From Puniceicoccales bacterium (GTDB lineage: Bacteria > Verrucomicrobiota > Verrucomicrobiia > Opitutales > JAIRLG01), in contig JAITRB010000002.1 in the NCBI GenBank assembly GCA_031288595.1, forward strand, positions 7,739 to 39,738: a stretch of DNA of 32,000 nucleotides, in the 5' to 3' direction. A model generated the notes under the pieces. The model was not told the DNA's origin, ran no database searches, and saw nothing but the letters and a program-made list of their open reading frames with translations. Every line of letters begins with the position of its first letter. Positions within the stretch are counted from its first letter, which is position 1. Both the position numbers and the translations under genes were made by a program. Of this stretch, positions 26,881 through 32,000 are shown piece by piece.

Positions 26881-27061
26881 AACGAATACGATCCGCCTTT
26901 CGCCGAACTCCAGCGACGACCATCTGGCAGAGAATCTGTTGAGCGATAAAACGCTGGTCAATCTTAAAATGATGCCTTTAGGAAGACACTCCAGTTTCAA
27001 GCCTCTCCCAGATCCCCCTCTGGCGCTTCTCGGTGCCTTTCTACAGAAGGTTCGGAAGATC

Positions 27062-27157
27062 GCGCTGTCTTTGGCTCCCTCCGGGAGCCGCCCGCTGCGC
27101 GGGCTCCAGCCTGAAAGAGGAAGGATCCCTTCCTCTTTCAGGCTCTAAAGACAGCGC
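27062..27157. repeat. Structured intergenic element, copy C (11-bp closing stem plus three hairpins)
   Basis: Perfect closing stem gcgctgtcttt (27062-27072) with aaagacagcgc (27147-27157). Arms are 27073-27089 (ggctccc-tcc-gggagcc), 27090-27104 (gcccgc-tgc-gcgggc) and 27108-27144 (a perfect 17-bp stem agcctgaaagaggaagg-atc-ccttcctctttcaggct). Confidence 0.8.
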
Positions 27158-27275
27158 CGAGCCTCCCTTCCCCCTCATCTCTCCGCTCTCTTTCGCAATG
27201 TCCGGCCTTCGGACCGTTTCGCCATTTTCTCCTTGTCAAGGAAAGGCAGCCCCTCAGGATGGCGTCGATGGCGAT

Positions 27276-27352
27276 GCGCCTCTAGCTCAATTGGATAGAG
27301 CATCTGACTACGGATCAGAAGGTTGCAGGTTCAAGTCCTGCGAGGCGTGCCA
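27276..27352 (+). tRNA. tRNA-Arg (anticodon ACG), CCA end encoded
   Basis: Folds as GCGCCTC TA GCTC AATTGGATA GAGC A TCTGA CTACGGA TCAGA AGGTT GCAGG TTCAAGT CCTGC GAGGCGT G CCA. The first acceptor pair is G1-U72. Confidence 0.9.
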
Positions 27353-27414
27353 TGGGGATTGATCCTTTTCAATCCCTGCTGCGCGGGTCCTAGCCAGGAC
27401 TTCGCAGGAGACCA

Positions 27415-27490
27415 GGGGCCGTAGCTCAATTGGGAGAGCGCCACAATGGCATTGTGGAGGTCGTCGGTTCGATCCCGATCGGCTCCACCA
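27415..27490 (+). tRNA. tRNA-Ala (anticodon GGC), CCA end encoded
   Basis: Folds as GGGGCCG TA GCTC AATTGGGA GAGC G CCACA ATGGCAT TGTGG AGGTC GTCGG TTCGATC CCGAT CGGCTCC A CCA. It has the G3-U70 alanine identity pair. Confidence 0.95.
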
Positions 27491-27817
27491 GGGAAGAGGG
27501 TTGAAGTTTAAACCAAGCATCGGAGGAGACGAAGATCTTGAAGAACTGACGCGTTGGGAGCCGAGTGCCGTTAAGCGGGGACTCGGGGATGGGGTTTCGC
27601 AAAAGGCCCTTAGGGCCGTGAAAGGTATTTTTGGCGGGAATCAGTGCAAATCACAGGGAATTTCAGCGTTTATTTCCGGAAGAAATTCTCAAGGCGATAC
27701 TTTATTTTTGAAGGGGCATTCAAGTAGTACTTCAAATGCAGAACTGAAAAAAACTACTGCTTAGGAAAGGGATGGTCAGGCGTTTTTTGCCGACGTCGCC
27801 TCATGCCCCGGTGCCAT

Positions 27818-27844
27818 GCATTTGCCCCTCATTACGCATTTGCC
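27818..27844 (+). repeat. Direct repeat GCATTTGCC x2 (18-nt period) upstream of the 1242-aa ORF, a possible operator or promoter element
   Basis: GCATTTGCC occurs at 27818-27826 and 27836-27844. A TAAAAT -10-like hexamer follows at 27852-27857, 22 nt before the ATG at 27879. Function is not shown. Confidence 0.3.
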
Positions 27845-27878
27845 TTCCCTCTAAAATTTTCTAAACTAGCCCGCTAGG

Positions 27879-30800
27879 ATGGTGCTTATGGACATCAGGG
27901 AGTCGTTGGGACTGAAGGAAGATGGGGGACGGGTGGCAGTATCGCAGGACAGGGCGCTCATCGAATACATCCAGCTGCGGCTCCTGGCGATGGGGCAGCC
28001 TGTCGAGAAGGATGGGGACGATCCGCATTCCGTGAGCCGCATCGCGGCTCCGCTCTTCGCCAATGCCGGAGAGATACGGAGGCATCTGGCCCACTACCGC
28101 TCTCCGGTCGACCGGAGAATCACGGACTTCCTCGACCGATTTCTCGCCGAAATCCCACCGGAGGACAAGCACGAGTGGATCCCGCTCCAGAGCTTTGAGA
28201 CCGACCGCTACGGCATCGCCCGTGTCCTGGCTCTGCCCTTTAACGGCGACGAATTCCATTCGGATTACATCGATTCCTATCGCGTCGCCCAGGGGATTCT
28301 GCATAATCCTAGGGAGGACAAGCGGACGACGAAGGACGTCTTCCACATCGTCGAAGGCGGGCCCGTCGTGCCGGATGACAAGATAGCGGTGCCGAAAATC
28401 GCCTTCGCGCGGCTCCTGCGAGCAGCCTGCCATCCGCCCCAGACGCTTTTGGAATTTCCCTTTACCGCCCATCAGAAGCGCAAAGCCCATGGTTTCGTCT
28501 CCAGCTACCTGCGGCCCGTCGTCTGTCCCGAAGTTCCGGGATTCTGCCGAGGGAAGCGGATGGAGATCCGCTTCTTCGCCCCCGCTTCGCTCGTCCATTT
28601 CATCGACTGCGTCGAGAGCATCTTCGGAACGGCCGGCTCGCCCTCGCTGCCCGAGAACAATGCCGCGCTGGAGCCCGAGACCTGGACGGGGCACAGCGGT
28701 TGTATCCTCATCGCTCCACACCTGACCCAGCTCCGGAAGAAGGAGCTCGGCCTGCCGCACATCTCGGAGGCCAGCGAGCGCCAGAAGCGCGATGGCATGT
28801 GTTGGGCGGACGAGCAGGAGCGCTACCACGACGGTCGGCCCTTCAAGCTCATGGCCCGTACGCTGGAAGGCGTCATTGTCTCCCTCATCGCCGACAGCTA
28901 CAACGGCTATGGCAAAAAGGAGATCAAGACCCAGCTCAGCTATTCCGCCAACCTCTACGGCCAATGTGAGGAGGAGCATTCCGGCGGTACCTTGGCCTTC
29001 GCTGCCTACGATCTCGGCGACGAGTTCTGTTTGAAGAAAATAGAAGAGACTTCGCATACCCTGGCCGATGTTCTGAAGACCCAGGCCGACAGCGTCATGC
29101 CCCAGGCCGAGGGCTACGCCATTGACCGCCGCTATCCGGACATCTTCTATGTGCCGGAGGACGCGAATTTCACGCTGCAGCCGCTGGAAGTCTGCTGGAA
29201 GCAGGGCGGGCAGGAACAATCCCTTCCGCTGGAACCGGACAAGAGCTACCTGTTGCCCTCGGGCTATCGGGTCGAGTTGCTGGCCCCGACAGCGGGGAGC
29301 GACGAGTGCTGGCGCCTGATCGGTACCCGGGGGGATTGCGTCTTCTGCCACAAGCCCTCTACCGTTTCCGGCGGCGGGAAGTCAGAGATGGCAAGCCCCC
29401 TCACGGGCAATATCTCCCGCGGTACGGTGCTGAGCGAAGACCTGGAGGAAGATTTTCGGCAACTGCAGGGCATTCTGCGCCACGATCTCTCCCATCGCTA
29501 CCGCCGACCGGAGAAAGAAGAACGGCCGATTCTGGACTCTCGCCGCTCGCTGGGCTCGGTGATCAAGATATTCCACCCACAGCCGGATTATACAGAGGAG
29601 CACAAGCGCTGGGTCGCGTCGATCCCTCCCCACATCAAAGATCTCCTCTTCGTCCTGAAGGCCTATTACAAGCCTGCCTGGGGAGAGGATTGGCCGCGGC
29701 ACTTCTCGGTCGACTGGATCAACGGCCATTCGGGCCATGCCCTCAAATACCTGGGGAACCGGCTCGTCGCCCGCTACCTGCGGGTCGGGTTCACGGACCA
29801 GCATACCGGTCGGCTCTTCACCCTACGGCAGGACTTTTATCCGGCCTGCAAGTGGCAGATGGAAGACGACATCACCGCCTCCATCCTCGTGCCGGCAGGG
29901 AGATTGGCTGGCTTCAACGCCGAGGGGCACCCATCCCTCAAGTGTGTCAGCAATGGGGAATACCGTCTCTACCAACGGCCGGACGAGGCCATCATTCCGG
30001 GCAATGACCCCAAGGCGGAACTCCTCATGACCCTGCCTGAGACCTTTTGCTGCAACCTGCACCCCATCACGAAGACAGAGGCCAGGGGTATGCTGGCCGA
30101 CCGCATCGCCTTTTCCCGCTACAGCGAAGCGATGCAGCGCTTCCTGAAGAACTTCGCCGAGCGGAGCGACGGCCCCCGTTTCGCCGCATGTCCTTCCGTC
30201 CGGCGCCACATGCCCAATGGCTCCCTCAGCACGAATCCGCGCTACCTGGAGGATCGGGAAGACCTGACCCAGCCGCGCAAGGCCTATCTCCTGGAGCAGG
30301 CGACCCGCCTCGCCAGACGATTACCGGAAGACAGGCCAGTGTCCTACGCCGTCCAGGCCATCATCTCCGGCCGCCGCAACAACCCACCGGAGGAGAACAT
30401 CCCCCCGCTGTCCGTCCACAACCCGCTCCACTACCTGGAACTGCCGGAGCTCTTCATGGAGTATGCCTCCAACGCGACCGGCAAATCGCCCTCCACCACC
30501 GGCAGCGGACTGGAAGGGGCCATGACCAAGCGGCCCTTCAACGGCCTGAGCACGGTCACTGACCTCAATAATGCCCTGACCAGTTTCCTTCTGAGCGGCT
30601 ACCAGGGCTTCATCTCCTCGGCCAGTTACCTCGGACCACGGTATGCCATCGGTCACGACATCAGCTACCTCATCCCCGAGCTCTGGTGCCGCCTGTCCGC
30701 CCAGGAACGCGACGCGAACTTCCTCATCGCCCATGGCTACCTGGAGCCCTGCCGCGACTTCCAGCACCGGGGGCAGTGCGTCGAGGCCAGTCGTCTGGGC

Positions 30801-31607
30801 TATCGCATCACCGATAGCTTCGTCAAGACCTTCCTGGGCCGCATCGTGTCGAGCCCAGAAACGCTCTTCTGCGATGAGATGCTTCGGCCAGAGCTTCAGG
30901 ACTTGGATCTCTTCGCCAGGAGCATGGCGAATATCGTCGACGCCCAGCGCCGCGCGGCCGAGATCTTTTTTCACGACGGCTCCATCGAGGGCGCCTGTCC
31001 GCCGCTCCGAGCACTTCTGGAAATCATGGCCTACGGCGAAGCCAATGGCCTGCGGCGCTCTGCTCCGGAATTCCGCCAGATGTTTGAACCCCAGGCCCTG
31101 CGCTCCCAAGACTGGTACCAGCAGCGCCTTGAGGCCTTTCGCCATCAGCAGATTCAGCACTGGGAGCGCTGTCGCAGGGAGATGCAGGCCCTTCGCGCCT
31201 CTACGGGGGCGGCACCGGACGGCCATGGCTTTTCCATTCCGAGTCCCGGCGCAAACAGAACTGCTGAACCTTCCAGTTTCCCCCTTCAGATATCGGCATC
31301 TCCCGCAGCGTCCGGCTCTTCGGCAAGACACTCCGGAGCAGGGACTTCCGGAATAGCGGCTTCCGCCGTTCCCCATTCCCCTGGAGATCAAAGCTCAAGA
31401 TCGGCTTTCCCAAGCTCCGCTTCCCAAGGGAAAGATTCCCTGCCGAGGAATCCTGTCCCGAACTTCTCCTCCCCATTTCCGGTCGATCCACTGCGTCTGG
31501 ACGAGCGCATAGCCCACGCCGAGCAGCAGCTCGCTACCCTGCATTCTCAGGCCTTCTTTTCCTCTCTCCAGGGTTGCCTAGGCCTAGATCCCTATGTCGC
31601 CGCATGA
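27879..31607 (+). CDS. Large protein of uncertain function (1242 aa); possible PPi-type phosphoenolpyruvate carboxykinase-like enzyme with an S/P/A-rich C-terminal tail
   Basis: Longest ORF outside rpoBC, with protein-like composition (W, H, Y, C, F throughout). The alternative start ATG 27888 has AGGA 8 nt upstream. PEPCK-like motifs occur in the canonical order: KRTTKDVFHIV (aa 148-158), YNGYGKKE (341-348), EEEHSGG (364-370), SGGGKSE (497-503), VLSED (517-521). The family call comes from motif recall only. Confidence 0.6.
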   Translation: MVLMDIRESLGLKEDGGRVAVSQDRALIEYIQLRLLAMGQPVEKDGDDPHSVSRIAAPLFANAGEIRRHLAHYRSPVDRRITDFLDRFLAEIPPEDKHEWIPLQSFETDRYGIARVLALPFNGDEFHSDYIDSYRVAQGILHNPREDKRTTKDVFHIVEGGPVVPDDKIAVPKIAFARLLRAACHPPQTLLEFPFTAHQKRKAHGFVSSYLRPVVCPEVPGFCRGKRMEIRFFAPASLVHFIDCVESIFGTAGSPSLPENNAALEPETWTGHSGCILIAPHLTQLRKKELGLPHISEASERQKRDGMCWADEQERYHDGRPFKLMARTLEGVIVSLIADSYNGYGKKEIKTQLSYSANLYGQCEEEHSGGTLAFAAYDLGDEFCLKKIEETSHTLADVLKTQADSVMPQAEGYAIDRRYPDIFYVPEDANFTLQPLEVCWKQGGQEQSLPLEPDKSYLLPSGYRVELLAPTAGSDECWRLIGTRGDCVFCHKPSTVSGGGKSEMASPLTGNISRGTVLSEDLEEDFRQLQGILRHDLSHRYRRPEKEERPILDSRRSLGSVIKIFHPQPDYTEEHKRWVASIPPHIKDLLFVLKAYYKPAWGEDWPRHFSVDWINGHSGHALKYLGNRLVARYLRVGFTDQHTGRLFTLRQDFYPACKWQMEDDITASILVPAGRLAGFNAEGHPSLKCVSNGEYRLYQRPDEAIIPGNDPKAELLMTLPETFCCNLHPITKTEARGMLADRIAFSRYSEAMQRFLKNFAERSDGPRFAACPSVRRHMPNGSLSTNPRYLEDREDLTQPRKAYLLEQATRLARRLPEDRPVSYAVQAIISGRRNNPPEENIPPLSVHNPLHYLELPELFMEYASNATGKSPSTTGSGLEGAMTKRPFNGLSTVTDLNNALTSFLLSGYQGFISSASYLGPRYAIGHDISYLIPELWCRLSAQERDANFLIAHGYLEPCRDFQHRGQCVEASRLGYRITDSFVKTFLGRIVSSPETLFCDEMLRPELQDLDLFARSMANIVDAQRRAAEIFFHDGSIEGACPPLRALLEIMAYGEANGLRRSAPEFRQMFEPQALRSQDWYQQRLEAFRHQQIQHWERCRREMQALRASTGAAPDGHGFSIPSPGANRTAEPSSFPLQISASPAASGSSARHSGAGTSGIAASAVPHSPGDQSSRSAFPSSASQGKDSLPRNPVPNFSSPFPVDPLRLDERIAHAEQQLATLHSQAFFSSLQGCLGLDPYVAA

Positions 31608-31761
31608 CTATTTTTTCTCTCTTCATGATTTTTCTCTTGCCAGCATTGCTCTCATCGTCTTTTTTTATAGCCTGCGTCATGAGGAATTTCATGGTTCGGA
31701 ATTACACCGCGTTGGCCTCTTGCCAGAAAAAGAGAGGCTCCTGATTTTACCCCGACATCCC

Positions 31762-31821
31762 TTGACATTTTCGATGAGCTTCGCAGAATGAGCATTCTCT
31801 ATTGACAGCCGCTCCTATAAT
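31762..31821 (+). promoter_or_regulatory. Promoter-like boxes in the AT-richer spacer upstream of the terminal ORF
   Basis: TTGACA (31762-31767), 16 nt, then CAGAAT (31784-31789). A second TTGACA lies at 31802-31807 and a perfect TATAAT at 31816-31821, but that pair is only 8 nt apart. The true combination is unknown. Confidence 0.25.
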
Positions 31822-31864
31822 GCGATGAAAGGCAAAAAAAACTTTGAAAATAATGACTAAATAG

Positions 31865-32000
31865 ATGAGACTTATGAACAAAATCAAAAATAGGCTGAAA
31901 GCGCTAATAATGGGGGCGATATTAGTCGCAGCAAGTGAAGGCGCTTGGGGAGTGGAAGTGGTAGGACCGGAGCTATTTCCAAGGGGAACGCTTTCCTGGG
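31865..32000 (+). CDS. N-terminal fragment of a putative secreted or membrane-anchored protein (continues beyond the window)
   Basis: The frame is open from ATG 31865 (or ATG 31874) to the window end. My translation MRLMNKIKNRLKALIMGAILVAASEGAWGVEVVGPELFPRGTLSW has a basic n-region and a hydrophobic h-region like a signal peptide. Only 45 codons are visible and there is no clear SD. Confidence 0.35.
   Translation, partial: MRLMNKIKNRLKALIMGAILVAASEGAWGVEVVGPELFPRGTLSW

Noticed and set aside
27041-27062. T-loop-like GGTTCGGAA suggesting another tRNA upstream of tRNA-Thr
   Set aside because: The flanking bases do not form a T-stem, and no acceptor, D or anticodon arms can be drawn.
27501-27764. 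87-aa plus-strand ORF between tRNA-Ala and the large ORF
   Set aside because: It starts at TTG immediately after the tRNA 3' end. It has no SD, an odd G/S/K-rich composition and no recognisable motif. I treat it as non-coding leader.
27861-29351. 496-aa minus-strand ORF fully inside the 1242-aa plus-strand ORF
   Set aside because: Its codons are exactly aligned antisense to the plus-strand codons (27879 - 27861 = 18). In GC-rich genes this frame stays open because TTA, CTA and TCA sense codons are rare. Its composition (L/R/G/D/V-rich, e.g. GLGLQRGIVLGQRGRAGR) is typical of shadow ORFs, and the plus-strand product is far longer and protein-like.
30321-31391. 356-aa minus-strand ORF inside the 3' part of the large ORF
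   Set aside because: It is in the same codon-aligned antisense frame (30321 - 27879 is divisible by 3). It has a low-complexity R/G/A-rich translation and no start context. It is a shadow ORF.
27276-31607. tRNA-adjacent genomic island or integrative element carrying the large ORF
   Set aside because: The window shows no integrase, no duplicated tRNA 3' segment (att-like direct repeat) and no GC shift across the ORF itself. Only the flanking spacers are AT-richer.
31594-31791. 65-aa plus-strand ORF overlapping the end of the large ORF (MSPHDYFFSLHDFSLASIALIVFFYSL...)
   Set aside because: It has one hydrophobic stretch that could be a TM helix. However, it overlaps the large ORF by 14 nt, has no SD and runs through the promoter-like TTGACA box at 31762. 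That is too weak to call, so it is kept only as a remote small-protein candidate.
31802-31821. TTGACA and TATAAT, both perfect, as a single promoter
   Set aside because: The spacer is only 8 nt, incompatible with sigma70 geometry (about 17 nt). The hexamers are probably parts of two different promoters, or one of them is fortuitous.

Overview
Positions 1-26880 are one uninterrupted minus-strand block of core translation and transcription genes. In transcription order: tRNA-Thr, tuf, tRNA-Trp, secE, nusG, rplK-rplA-rplJ-rplL, rpoB, rpoC, rpsL-rpsG-fusA-rpsJ, then rplC-rplD-rplW-rplB-rpsS-rplV-rpsC-rplP-rpmC-rpsQ-rplN-rplX-rplE-rpsN-rpsH-rplF-rplR-rpsE-rplO-secY. secY runs off the left edge. 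There is no tuf after fusA and no rpmD (L30). Several ORF-track entries are over-extended at non-ATG starts, and I re-anchored them on conserved N-termini. The right 5 kb runs the other way on the plus strand: tRNA-Arg(ACG), tRNA-Ala(GGC), a 1242-aa ORF, then an AT-richer spacer and the start of a signal-peptide ORF. I saw no CRISPR array, transposase, integrase, toxin-antitoxin or recognisable defence gene. The DNA is GC-rich by eye, and the many long antisense ORFs are codon-aligned shadows. Three things deserve a second look. (1) Three intergenic copies of a ~96-101 nt element share one four-way-junction architecture although their stem sequences differ. (2) The 1242-aa ORF carries, in the right order, motifs resembling the catalytic motifs of PEP carboxykinases and may be a PPi-type PEPCK-like enzyme with an added low-complexity tail. 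(3) The only tuf in the window, at the canonical locus, lacks the near-universal switch-I motif. Lineage cannot be assigned by eye.
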